IMG/VR virus record: IMGVR_UViG_3300032285_004008
Length of the DNA: 64,000 nt
From: a virus
Reading direction: 5' to 3' (one strand)
Shown here piece after piece: positions 54,480-64,000 of the stretch (positions are counted from its first letter, which is position 1; the number at the start of each line of letters is the position of its first letter). A program made the position numbers and the translations under genes. The notes under the pieces were generated by a model, which saw only the letters and a list, made by a program, of their open reading frames with translations, made no database searches and had not been told where the DNA came from.

Positions 54480-57400
54480 TGGCAATTAAGATTCAGATTA
54501 GACGCGGTACAGCCGCTAACTGGACCTCGACCAATCCTACTCTTTCAGTCGGAGAACTAGCTCTAGAGACGGATACCGGTAAACTAAAGGTAGGTACCGG
54601 CACAACAGCATGGGTAGACCTAGCTTATGCAGGAATGACTCCCACTGAGGTGGCAACTGCTATTACAACAGCTGTTTCCAATGTCATTGATATGGCACCA
54701 GGTGCTCTAGATACTCTAAATGAGCTAGCTGCAGCAATCAATGATGATCCAGCATTCTTTAGTAGCATTGCAACAAACATTTCAGGTGCTATTACAACAG
54801 CTAACACCTATACCGATACTTCTATCAATGCACTTACCACTTCAGACATTGAAGAAGGTACTAACAAATACTTTACAGACGAGCGTGCTCAAGATGCTGT
54901 CGCTGCAGCAATAGCCGCTGGAACCCATGCAAACATCACTATTACTTACGATGATGTACACAACAAGATTAGTTTTGCCGCCGAGAATGGTGTTGCTGAC
55001 TCAACTACAGATGACTTAGCTGAAGGTACTAACCACAAATACTTCACCAACCAGCGTGCATTGGATGCGACTGCTAGTGCTATCTCTACTGCTGCAAGCG
55101 GAGCAGTAACCTCTGCAAATGGGTATACCGATACAGCTGTATCTAACTTAGTAGATGCTGCCCCTGGACTACTCAATACCCTAAATGAGCTAGCTGCGGC
55201 CATCAACGATGATGCCAACTTCTCTACTACAGTTGCTACTAGCATCGGTACTGCTAAGACTGATGCTATTGACCACGCTGATAGCATTATGGCCACCCAC
55301 GAGGGTCTTACTACAAATGTTCACGGTATCTCAGATACTCGTAACTTAGTCTATGAAACCCAGTTGATCACTAATATCAACACTCACTCAAACAAAACTA
55401 CCAATGTGCACGGCATTGCGGATACCAATGCAATTGCTCTGAAAAATAACCCAACATTTACCGGTAGCGTATCTCTTCCAGTGGATACAACAATTGCCAC
55501 ATATGGTGGAGTTCACACTGTAGGGCCGAATCAGTTCACTACTCTTAGCGAAATTACTGCTTCTGCAGCAGAAATTAACACCCTAGATGGTATTACAGCT
55601 AGTACGGCTGAGCTCAATACTCTAGACGGCATCACTGCAAGCACATCTGAATTAAATACTCTAGACGGCATCACTGCAACTACTACAGAGTTAAACACTC
55701 TACATGGCCTTACAGCTAGCACAGCCGAGTTAAATACTCTAGATGGCATTACTGCTAGCACTACCGAGCTAAATATTCTAGATGGAATCCTAGCAACCAC
55801 AGCAGAGCTAAATACTTTAAATGGCATCACTGCAAGTACATCTGAATTAAATACACTAGATGGAATAGTTGCTACTACCGTAGAGCTAAACTATCTTTCT
55901 GGTGTTACAGGGGCTATTCAAACTCAAATTAGCAGCAAAGCTCCTATAGATAGTCCTACATTTACTGGCACTGTCTCAGGTATAACCAAGGCAATGGTTG
56001 GCCTAGGAAACGTCAATAATACTTCAGATGCAAATAAGCCAGTATCTATTGCAGCTCAAACCGCTTTAGATCTTAAGGCTAACCTTTCTGGTGGAGCTAC
56101 CTTCACAGGAACCATCAGCCTTCCTCAAACTACCTCTATTGGTAACGTATCCGCCACCGAGCTCAACTATCTAGATGGTGTTACATCTGCAGTTCAGACC
56201 CAGTTGGATTCAAAAGCACCGCTATCTGGTCCAACATTTACTGGAACTGTAGTTCTTCCAAGTACTACTTCAATTGGTAACGTATCTGCAACTGAAATAG
56301 GATACGTAGATGGAGTTACCTCTTCAATTCAGACCCAGTTGGATGCCAAGGCTCCTACTGCAGATCCTACATTTACTGGAACAGTATCCGGTATCACAAA
56401 GTCGATGGTTGGCCTAGGCAATGTAAATAATACCTCGGATGTAAATAAACCAGTAAGCACTGCTACTCAGACTGCTCTAGATCTTAAACAAGATAAGGTA
56501 ACTGGCGTATCTGATACCGAAATCGGATACCTAGATGGCGTTACTAGTTCGATCCAGACTCAGCTTGATTCAAAGCTAGCTTCATCTACTGCAGCTTCTA
56601 CTTATGCACCATTAGCAGCACCTACCTTTACTGGAACCGTTGTCCTGCCATCAACTACTTCTATTGGAAGTGTCTCAGCCATCGAGATTGGTTATGTGGA
56701 TGGTGTAACTTCGGCTATCCAGACTCAGCTTGATTCAAAGCTAGCTTCATCTACTGCAGCTTCTACTTATGCTCCGATTGATAGCCCTACGTTTACAGGT
56801 ACGGTTTCTGGCATTACTAAGTCTATGGTTGGTTTGGGCAACGTTACCAATACTTCTGATGCCAATAAGCCAGTATCAACTGCTCAGCAGACTGCTCTAG
56901 ATGCAAAACTTTCCCTAAGCGGCGGCACCATGACAGGAGCCTTGACGCTTTCAGGTGCTCCAACTTCTGATCTACATGCAGCTACAAAGCTATATGTGGA
57001 TGGAGTTGCCTCGGGCATTAACTTCCACGCTCCAGTAGTTGCAGCTACAGCCGGAAATCTTGCTGGAACATATGACAACGGTACAAATGGGTATGGTGCA
57101 ACTCTAACAAAAGCATCTAATGGATCAATTGGAACTATTGATGGTGCATCAGTAGTAGTTGGTTCACGTATCTTACTCCGTGCACAGACCGATGCAAAAC
57201 AAAATGGTATTTATACCATTACTGCTGTAGGTAGTGGATCAGCTCCTTGGCAGATAACTCGTGCTGCAGATGCTGACAATAACCCATCTGGTGAACTTGC
57301 CGGTGGAGATTTCTGCTTCGTTACAGGTGGTAGCACCTATGCAAACACTGGATTTATCTTATCTAACTCTGGCTCAGTTGCAATTGGAACTGACAATGTT

Positions 57401-58201
57401 ACATATGTGCAGTTCAATGCTGCTCAAGCAATTGTTACCGGGTATGGTCTAACTAAAACTGGTGGAACAATTGCTGCAGATAACACTGTACTTGCTCCAC
57501 TTGATGCTCCAACCTTCACGGGAACAGTGGTACTGCCAAGTACAACATCTATAGGTAGCGTAAGTGCCACGGAGATTGGGTATGTAGATGGCGTTACTAG
57601 TTCGATCCAAACTCAGCTAGATGCTAAAGCACCAAGCTCTTCTCCTACCTTTACCGGAACTGTGACTACCCCGCTATCTACAGCTGGATATGTTAAGACT
57701 AATTCAAGTGGTGTTCTGAGCTCATCTGCGGCCATTTCACCATCAGATATTACTGGAACTGCAGTTATTACAACAGACTCTCGTCTATCTGATTCTCGTA
57801 CACCTACCGGTTCTGCTGGTGGAGACCTTACTGGAACATACCCAAACCCGACCTTAGCAACTACAACAGTCACCGCTGGTTCATACACAAGTGCAAACAT
57901 CACAGTTGACTCTAAGGGTCGCATTACTGCTGCATCTAAGGGAGCAGCTGTAACTTCAGCCTCTTCTGCACCATCATCACCTACTGCAGGAGATGTTTGG
58001 TTTAATACAAATGATGGAAACCTATATGTCTACTACGGCACCACATGGGTTCTATCTAATGGAGTTACAAACCCTAATGGTTCTGGAGTTCCAGCAGGCG
58101 GAACTACCGGTCAAGTCTTAGTTAAAAAATCAGGCACTGATAACGATACTCAATGGGTCACACAGAGCGTTGATATAATGGTTATCATGGGTGCCTACTA
58201 A
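54479..58201 (+). CDS. Long tail fibre with an Mtd-N/hyaluronidase-type N-terminal domain and internal repeats
   Basis: [27 protein letters not shown]; [11 protein letters not shown]; VGLGNV.NTSD..KP repeats. Confidence 0.85.
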   Translation: MAIKIQIRRGTAANWTSTNPTLSVGELALETDTGKLKVGTGTTAWVDLAYAGMTPTEVATAITTAVSNVIDMAPGALDTLNELAAAINDDPAFFSSIATNISGAITTANTYTDTSINALTTSDIEEGTNKYFTDERAQDAVAAAIAAGTHANITITYDDVHNKISFAAENGVADSTTDDLAEGTNHKYFTNQRALDATASAISTAASGAVTSANGYTDTAVSNLVDAAPGLLNTLNELAAAINDDANFSTTVATSIGTAKTDAIDHADSIMATHEGLTTNVHGISDTRNLVYETQLITNINTHSNKTTNVHGIADTNAIALKNNPTFTGSVSLPVDTTIATYGGVHTVGPNQFTTLSEITASAAEINTLDGITASTAELNTLDGITASTSELNTLDGITATTTELNTLHGLTASTAELNTLDGITASTTELNILDGILATTAELNTLNGITASTSELNTLDGIVATTVELNYLSGVTGAIQTQISSKAPIDSPTFTGTVSGITKAMVGLGNVNNTSDANKPVSIAAQTALDLKANLSGGATFTGTISLPQTTSIGNVSATELNYLDGVTSAVQTQLDSKAPLSGPTFTGTVVLPSTTSIGNVSATEIGYVDGVTSSIQTQLDAKAPTADPTFTGTVSGITKSMVGLGNVNNTSDVNKPVSTATQTALDLKQDKVTGVSDTEIGYLDGVTSSIQTQLDSKLASSTAASTYAPLAAPTFTGTVVLPSTTSIGSVSAIEIGYVDGVTSAIQTQLDSKLASSTAASTYAPIDSPTFTGTVSGITKSMVGLGNVTNTSDANKPVSTAQQTALDAKLSLSGGTMTGALTLSGAPTSDLHAATKLYVDGVASGINFHAPVVAATAGNLAGTYDNGTNGYGATLTKASNGSIGTIDGASVVVGSRILLRAQTDAKQNGIYTITAVGSGSAPWQITRAADADNNPSGELAGGDFCFVTGGSTYANTGFILSNSGSVAIGTDNVTYVQFNAAQAIVTGYGLTKTGGTIAADNTVLAPLDAPTFTGTVVLPSTTSIGSVSATEIGYVDGVTSSIQTQLDAKAPSSSPTFTGTVTTPLSTAGYVKTNSSGVLSSSAAISPSDITGTAVITTDSRLSDSRTPTGSAGGDLTGTYPNPTLATTTVTAGSYTSANITVDSKGRITAASKGAAVTSASSAPSSPTAGDVWFNTNDGNLYVYYGTTWVLSNGVTNPNGSGVPAGGTTGQVLVKKSGTDNDTQWVTQSVDIMVIMGAY
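55553..55903 (+). repeat. Nine tandem 39-nt (13-aa ITASTxELNTLDG) repeats
   Basis: Visible in the translation. Confidence 0.9.
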
Positions 58202-58235
58202 TAAACCCACCATATTAATAAGGAAGTAGTAACTA

Positions 58236-58550
58236 ATGGCTACGTTAACAAAGGCTCTAGCAAGAGCTTCATTTGCAACATCAGTTGGAGACCTATACAC
58301 AGTCCCAACTACCGGAACCACGACCATCGTAACTAACATTGTAATTACTAATACAACTAGTTCTGCAGGTACTTTTACTATTCTGCTAGATGGTGTTGAG
58401 CTCTTTGCAACTAGCCCAATTGCTGGAAATGCTACCGTTTCTATGGACCTAAAGCAGGTTTTGGATGCCAATGCTACTCCAAAGAAGATTAGAGGATTTG
58501 CCTCTGCAACTACTATCAAAGTACACATCAGTGGAGTGGAGCTATCCTAA
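58236..58550 (+). CDS. Small virion structural protein
   Basis: LYTVP..T.VTNI..N..ISGVE. Confidence 0.7.
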   Translation: MATLTKALARASFATSVGDLYTVPTTGTTTIVTNIVITNTTSSAGTFTILLDGVELFATSPIAGNATVSMDLKQVLDANATPKKIRGFASATTIKVHISGVELS

Positions 58551-61500
58551 TGTCATCTAATATCTATCCAAATCCTAATTCAGTCTTTACTCCTACAGAG
58601 GTTTTAAACGACCCTGTAAATAAGCTACGTACCTCAAGCCCACAGGCTCTTATTGATACTGACTTCGAGTATGGTACTCAGATTTCAAAGTGGGAAAACC
58701 TAGCTGCAACAAATAACCGTCCATTTGCAGCACCATCGGCCACCACATTGAGTAATATTTCTTCGATGACTATGTCTTCAAATGCTCGTGTAGTTACTGT
58801 TTCTCTCTCAACCACTTCGTCTACACCAAACTCTGTAGCCTCTGCCACTCCTGTTACTGGTTTTGCCACGTACACTACTGCTGCTAGCCACGGATTCTTC
58901 CCTGGTCAATACGTAACAATTGCCGGTTCCTCTGTATCTGGCTATAACGGAACATTTTTAATTACATCAACCCCTACTGCAACCACATTTGTTGTAGCCA
59001 ACTCAACTACGGGAACTCCATCATGGTCAGGTGCATCTGCACTTGCTGGTGTTGCTCCAGCAGTTGGCTCGGCAATCACGGTACAGGATACATACCTAAA
59101 TATTGCAAATGGTAACTTCTTGATTGAGACCGGTGGTGGAACTGGTACTTTTACCTACTTAGGTCGTGCTCAGAATACCCTGGGTGTTACTTCAATTTTT
59201 GACCCAAACAAGACATCTATTGCTGTAGCAACTATTTATACAAATGCTCAGATTGGTGGAGCACCTACAGTAACAGTTTCAGGTACTGATCTAAAAGTCA
59301 CAGTAACAACAACTGTACCTCACGGATTATCAGTAGGCAATGAAATAGGTGTTACCGGTATTACCGGAACTAACCCACCAAATGGTTCGTATCAGGTAGC
59401 TACAGTTGCCTCTCCTACTACTTTTGTATATTATGCAGATCCTACAGAAGGAACCCCTTCTAGCTTGACTGCATCATCTGCAGCTATATATGTTCGTCCA
59501 CAAGCTCAGTTCCTACACCGTCCATTTGATGGTGGAGTTCTTTTCTCTGCTAACGGTTCTTCCAACTATGAAACTGCAATTCGCCAGACTCGTCGTTACT
59601 TCCGTTACCAGTCTGGTAAGGGTATCCAGATGTCTTCTGGAACTATCTTTAAGCCATATGGAAATATTGACAGCATTACCTCTAGCGGTGGAGTTGCAAC
59701 TGTAACCACTAAGGAGCAGCACAATATTCAGCCTGGAACAACTATCGTTATTTCTGGAGCAAATGAGTCAGCATATAACGGTTCATTTACTGTTAGCAGT
59801 ATTACCGGTTATAACTCCTTCACATATGCAATTACCGGAAGCCCTGCTAGCCCAGCAACTGGAATTGTAAACGTAAACGTAAATACTTGGTACGGAGCAG
59901 CTAACCGTCTAGGAATTTTTGACAGCCAGAATGGACTTTTCTGGGAATTTGATGGTCAGAACCTATATGCAGTTAAGCGTTCTTCTACTCAGCAGCTTTC
60001 TGGCCGAGTAGACGTTACCAATGGATCAAATGTTGTCTCTAGAACTACATCCGCATTCCCTACTGCATTCTCTAGCCAGCTAAACCCTGGCGACTATGTA
60101 GTTATTCGCGGGCAGTCTTACCGAGTATTGGCAATTGATGACATATCATCTACACCAAACTTCACTATCTCTCCTTCATACCGTGGAGCTTCTACTTCAC
60201 ACGTAACTGTGTCTAAAACAATCGAGACTCGTATCCCTCAGTCGCAGTTTAATCTAGATAAACTAGATGGAACCGGCCCTTCTGGGTACACCATCGATCT
60301 AACCAAGATGCAGATGTTCTATGTGGACTACTCTTGGTATGGTGCTGGTTTTATCCGCTGGGGTGTACGTGCCACAAATGGTGACGTTATTTATGCACAC
60401 AAGATGCAAAACAATAACGTCAACAATGAAGCATACATGCGTTCAGGAAACCTTCCAGGTCGCTACGAGTCGCAGACTCTACCACCGACTACTAAGGTGA
60501 CTGCAAATATTGGTGCATCTGATACAACACTTACTGTTTCAGATACCTCATCTTTCCCTACTACTGGAACTCTTCTTATCCGTCCAAGTACAGCAACTAA
60601 CCAAGCATCGTTGACATATGAATATGTAAACTACACTGGTAAAACTGCAACTACTTTCACTGGTTTGACTCGTTCTCAGGCTGGCGCAGCTGGAGTAACT
60701 ACTACCTGGACAGCAGGCTCTAACTCAGGTACCGTATCCAGTGCAACAGGTATCCAGATCGGTCAACGAGTAGTATCTAGCACTAGCCCTAACCCAGTGC
60801 CAGACGGTACTTTTGTTACTGGAATTAGCGGAACAACTGTTACACTCAACTCTGCTCTAACGGCTAATAACCCGACTTTGATTTTTGCTCCGCTAGGTGC
60901 AACTTCTGGTACTGCTTATACATACTCAGCAGCATCTCCAATTTCAGTTGAGCTAGCAGCGCCTACATTCTCACCATCGGTATCTCACTGGGGTACCTCG
61001 GTTATTATGGATGGTCGATTCGATGACGACAAGTCTCTTATCTTCACATACGGTCAGACTAACTTTGCAACTATTGCTTCTGGTGCTAGCAAGGCTCTTA
61101 TGTCAATCCGAGTAGCTCCGTCTGTGGATAACGGTATTGGAGCTGCTTTTGGAGCTCGCGACTTGATTAACCGCATGCAGCTAAAGATGAGCGCCTTGGA
61201 TATCACTACTAAGACGACAGGTGCAAACCTTTTGATTCGTGCATATCTAAATGGTGTACCTTCATCGGCAACCGCATGGACAAACGCTGTGGGCAATATC
61301 CCAGGCGTTGTTAACTCGTCTCTAGCTCAGATTGCTGACCATGGTACCGGTGTGACAACAGTTTATGGTGGAGAAGTTACCGGTGGATTCTTTGTATCTA
61401 CAACTGGTTCGATTGATCTAGGATCTCTACGAGACCTAGGTAACTCTATCCTAGGTGGTGGCTCCACAGTAGCAAACACCGGAATCTACCCAGATGGACC

Positions 61501-61588
61501 TGATACACTTACATTTGTAGTTACAAATGTTGGTACAACATCTGCAGATGTACTTGGACGCATCTCTTGGACTGAAGCGCAGGCATAA
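58550..61588 (+). CDS. Large Ser/Thr-rich virion structural protein with repeated beta modules
   Basis: KLRTSSPQALIDTDFEYG.Q..KWE; QTRRYFRYQSGKG; repeated T...HG...G..VTI.G modules. Confidence 0.75.
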   Translation: MSSNIYPNPNSVFTPTEVLNDPVNKLRTSSPQALIDTDFEYGTQISKWENLAATNNRPFAAPSATTLSNISSMTMSSNARVVTVSLSTTSSTPNSVASATPVTGFATYTTAASHGFFPGQYVTIAGSSVSGYNGTFLITSTPTATTFVVANSTTGTPSWSGASALAGVAPAVGSAITVQDTYLNIANGNFLIETGGGTGTFTYLGRAQNTLGVTSIFDPNKTSIAVATIYTNAQIGGAPTVTVSGTDLKVTVTTTVPHGLSVGNEIGVTGITGTNPPNGSYQVATVASPTTFVYYADPTEGTPSSLTASSAAIYVRPQAQFLHRPFDGGVLFSANGSSNYETAIRQTRRYFRYQSGKGIQMSSGTIFKPYGNIDSITSSGGVATVTTKEQHNIQPGTTIVISGANESAYNGSFTVSSITGYNSFTYAITGSPASPATGIVNVNVNTWYGAANRLGIFDSQNGLFWEFDGQNLYAVKRSSTQQLSGRVDVTNGSNVVSRTTSAFPTAFSSQLNPGDYVVIRGQSYRVLAIDDISSTPNFTISPSYRGASTSHVTVSKTIETRIPQSQFNLDKLDGTGPSGYTIDLTKMQMFYVDYSWYGAGFIRWGVRATNGDVIYAHKMQNNNVNNEAYMRSGNLPGRYESQTLPPTTKVTANIGASDTTLTVSDTSSFPTTGTLLIRPSTATNQASLTYEYVNYTGKTATTFTGLTRSQAGAAGVTTTWTAGSNSGTVSSATGIQIGQRVVSSTSPNPVPDGTFVTGISGTTVTLNSALTANNPTLIFAPLGATSGTAYTYSAASPISVELAAPTFSPSVSHWGTSVIMDGRFDDDKSLIFTYGQTNFATIASGASKALMSIRVAPSVDNGIGAAFGARDLINRMQLKMSALDITTKTTGANLLIRAYLNGVPSSATAWTNAVGNIPGVVNSSLAQIADHGTGVTTVYGGEVTGGFFVSTTGSIDLGSLRDLGNSILGGGSTVANTGIYPDGPDTLTFVVTNVGTTSADVLGRISWTEAQA

Positions 61589-61590
61589 AA

Positions 61591-62451
61591 ATGGCACTTA
61601 CTTTCCCTTCTAGCCCTACTAATGGCCAGATTTATACATATAGCGGTAAATCTTATACATGGAACGGCACAGCGTGGACCCCGAATGCTCCAACATTTAC
61701 AGCTAGCCGTGCCTTAGCAACCGATAGTAACGGGTCTATTGCTGCGTCTAGTGTAACTACTACAGAACTAGGGTATGTTTCAGGAGTCACATCAGCAGTT
61801 CAGACTCAGTTAGATGGAAAAGCTGCTATTGATTCGCAGACCTTGACTGGAACTCCAAAGGCTCCAACCGCTTCAGCTGACACAAACACCACTCAGCTAG
61901 CTACCACAGCTTTTGTTGTTGGTCAGGCTTCTTCATCAACTCCTGCTAATAATGGAACAGCCGCGGTAGGTACATCTCTTAAGTATGCCCGTGCTGATCA
62001 CGTTCACGCCTCCGACACAACCAAAGCATCTCTATCAGGTGCATCATTTACAGGCAGTGTTGGTGTTGCTTCAGCCGGATTAGTATTCTCTGATTCGACC
62101 ACCCAGGTGACTGCTGGTGTTCCATCTTTGACTACAATTAAGTCAACACTCTCGTCTAACACCTCAACATCTGCTCTAAGCTCAGCGCTAACCTATAGAG
62201 ATGCATTAGTACCTCTATCTGGTGCTGTAAACCTTACAATAGATGCAGACGGAACCAACTCAATCACTTTTCCTATCGGAACTTCAATTGACTTTTATCA
62301 GAGCTCAGGGACAGGCGCCGTGTTTGTCCAGGGATCGGGAGTGACTTTGCAGTATACGCCGGGTCTAAAGTTCAGGGCAACATACTCATCTGCTACTATT
62401 ACTAAGGTAGCTACTAACACTTGGCTGGTTTACGGCGACCTCTCAGCCTAA
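61591..62451 (+). CDS. Tail fibre-like protein
   Basis: FPSSPTNGQ..WNGTAW; GTPKAPTA; YARADHVH; C-terminal W...GDL. Confidence 0.75.
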   Translation: MALTFPSSPTNGQIYTYSGKSYTWNGTAWTPNAPTFTASRALATDSNGSIAASSVTTTELGYVSGVTSAVQTQLDGKAAIDSQTLTGTPKAPTASADTNTTQLATTAFVVGQASSSTPANNGTAAVGTSLKYARADHVHASDTTKASLSGASFTGSVGVASAGLVFSDSTTQVTAGVPSLTTIKSTLSSNTSTSALSSALTYRDALVPLSGAVNLTIDADGTNSITFPIGTSIDFYQSSGTGAVFVQGSGVTLQYTPGLKFRATYSSATITKVATNTWLVYGDLSA

Positions 62452-62476
62452 AAATTTTAAGGTAGAATGACATACT

Positions 62477-63823
62477 ATGAGCAAAAGAACCGGTAAGCAC
62501 TCCGCACAGCAGAATGACTTTTTGCAGCCAGCTGCAGTAACTATCACCACTGCAACTAACGTTGGTACTAACCGACCATACCTGTTTTCTGCTACTGGAA
62601 ATGCTGGCACTGGTGGTGCAGTAAACCTAGTATGGACTCTACCTAATGGCTCAGCTCCAGCTATAAGCTACGATATTACAACTACCCCTACAACTGTAAC
62701 CAAAAACACAACTACACTTCCAACTTCTGGATCTCCATTCGTATTTGAAGGTCTTGCCTCTGGTACAGACTATACATTCACGGTAGTAGCTAAGAACAAT
62801 GCTGGAAACTCAAATCCAACAACTTCTCAAACAGTCTCTGTAAGTACTGTACCTCCTGCCCCAAATACTCCGTCAGTTCGTCAGGTCAGTAATGACCAAA
62901 ATGACTACCTAACAATTACAATCTCTGCAACTGGTGGTTCTGCAATTACCAACTTCCACTGGGAAAGTACTGACTCTAAGTCTGGTGACCGAGGAACTAG
63001 TACCGCAGAATTTGCTGTAGCTCAGGAAGCTAATACTGCCCAACAGTATCGTGCTTATGCCACAAACGCCAATGGAAATTCAGACTGGTCTGGTTATTCT
63101 GGGTCTGTAACAACTCCTCCTTACTTCCCCCCTTACTTCCCGTTCTTCCCTTACTTCCCGCCATTCTTCCCGTACTTCCCTCCTTATTTCCCATACTTCC
63201 CATATTTCCCTCCTTATTTCCCATACTTCCCACCGTTCTTCCCTTATTTCCCTTATTTCCCACCGTTCTTCCCTTACTTCCCACCGTTCTTCCCTTATTT
63301 CCCACCGTTCTTCCCGTTCTTCCCGTTCTTCCCTCCTCGCTTCTGCATCGAGGAAAGTACTTTGGTTGATACTCCTTCGGGATCAGTAGCGGCTAAGGAT
63401 CTTAAGGTAGGAGATACCTTGGTATCAGTAGCTCTAGAAGAGCTTTCAACAGAGCCTCGATCTGAAGAAAACTTTATTATTGGCCCTACACTAACCCTCG
63501 GCGGTGGAGAGCCAGTAGAGACTACTATCGTTGACATTATCGAGAGTACTAAGGCAGAAATCGTATACTTCAATGAAGATACAACTGCTAAGTACTCAAA
63601 TGAGCAGTCAATGTTTGCCCTAGTTGATGGTCAGTTCCAGACTATAAATGCTGGACTACTGAAGCCTGGAGACTACTTGGTCAAGGTGCTGCCGGATGGT
63701 ACTTATGTAACAGAAGAGATCTCATCTATCACCGAGATTTACGAACCTACAACCGTATATCAGTACATCTGTGAACCATATAACTGGTTTATTGCAGGTG
63801 GATATCTAGTACACCAGAACTAA
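62477..63823 (+). CDS. FN3-domain protein with a (P)P[YF]F repeat and a C-terminal Hint domain
   Basis: FN3 motifs (GLASGTDYTFTVVAKNNAG; YATNANG.S.WS); 76-aa Pro/aromatic tract; Hint from CIEESTLV..DLKVGD to VY..WFIAGGYLVHQN. Confidence 0.85.
   Translation: MSKRTGKHSAQQNDFLQPAAVTITTATNVGTNRPYLFSATGNAGTGGAVNLVWTLPNGSAPAISYDITTTPTTVTKNTTTLPTSGSPFVFEGLASGTDYTFTVVAKNNAGNSNPTTSQTVSVSTVPPAPNTPSVRQVSNDQNDYLTITISATGGSAITNFHWESTDSKSGDRGTSTAEFAVAQEANTAQQYRAYATNANGNSDWSGYSGSVTTPPYFPPYFPFFPYFPPFFPYFPPYFPYFPYFPPYFPYFPPFFPYFPYFPPFFPYFPPFFPYFPPFFPFFPFFPPRFCIEESTLVDTPSGSVAAKDLKVGDTLVSVALEELSTEPRSEENFIIGPTLTLGGGEPVETTIVDIIESTKAEIVYFNEDTTAKYSNEQSMFALVDGQFQTINAGLLKPGDYLVKVLPDGTYVTEEISSITEIYEPTTVYQYICEPYNWFIAGGYLVHQN
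63116..63343 (+). repeat. 22 tandem units of (P)P-[Y/F]-F (last unit PPRF), pyrimidine-rich DNA
   Basis: Direct translation: 32 Pro, one Arg, all other residues Tyr or Phe. Confidence 0.95.
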
Positions 63824-63829
63824 ATTAAG

Positions 63830-63862
63830 AAAAAATAAGGCCCCCACGGGCCTTATTTTTTT
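63830..63862 (+). terminator. Intrinsic terminator
   Basis: AAAAAATAAGGCCC-CCAC-GGGCCTTATTTTTTT. Confidence 0.85.
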
Positions 63863-63914
63863 GCCAAAATCAGGATAATAGTGCTAGACTGGTGCCAATA
63901 GTTCAGGAGAATAT

Positions 63915-64000
63915 ATGACATACGATCCAAGTCAAAATAACTGGTTTACTAAAGACAGATCAGAAACTACTAGTAATAGGTCTGCAAATCGCCAGTTAGG
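63915..64000 (+). CDS. 5' end of a gene truncated by the window edge (MTYDPSQNNWFTKDRSET..)
   Basis: AGGAG RBS, TAGACT -10, frame open to the window end. Confidence 0.65.
   Translation, partial: MTYDPSQNNWFTKDRSETTSNRSANRQL

Noticed and set aside
63030-63305. Minus-strand ORF with GNKGRTVG repeats
   Set aside because: Antisense shadow of the Pro/aromatic repeat
54479-63823. Diversity-generating retroelement (Mtd-like N-terminus, Y/F variation in the repeat)
   Set aside because: No reverse transcriptase or TR/VR pair in the window; the Mtd similarity is only to the N-terminal anchor
63344-63823. Canonical splicing intein or homing element
   Set aside because: No C-extein nucleophile and no endonuclease; treated as a terminal Hint domain

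Overview
A 64-kb segment of a large tailed dsDNA phage infecting Actinobacteria. Host markers are WhiB, a ClgR-like regulator, DUF3039, an MSMEG_6728-type glycosylase, class Ib nrdHIEF, a tmRNA with a FALAA tag and many leaderless promoters; a freshwater Microbacteriaceae-like host is my guess. Layout: (1) 1-7.4 kb is a leftward early region built from repeated terminator/AT-box/promoter cassettes and almost free of common restriction sites. (2) 7.4-12.3 kb is a GC-richer block with a strand-biased CCGTT motif and a terminase-small-subunit-like gene. (3) 14.7-15.2 kb is an AT-rich, origin-like gap. (4) 15.8-21.6 kb holds secreted, membrane and lysis genes. (5) 21.6-50.9 kb holds auxiliary metabolic, redox and nucleotide genes, six tRNAs, a tmRNA, carbamoyl- and methyl-transferases and most of the 2OG-Fe(II) oxygenases. 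The window has eight P4H-like and two JmjC-like oxygenases in all, two of the P4H-like genes lying at 8.9-10.2 kb. (6) 50.9-64 kb holds virion/tail-fibre genes, ending in an FN3 + (P)P[YF]F-repeat + Hint-domain protein. The best candidates for undescribed biology are (a) a virion-protein modification system (Pro/aromatic repeat, Hint domain, oxygenase battery) and (b) a restriction-site-purged early region with its own repeated motifs and an anti-RBS hairpin. All motif counts were made by eye and all product calls come from motif recognition, not database searches.
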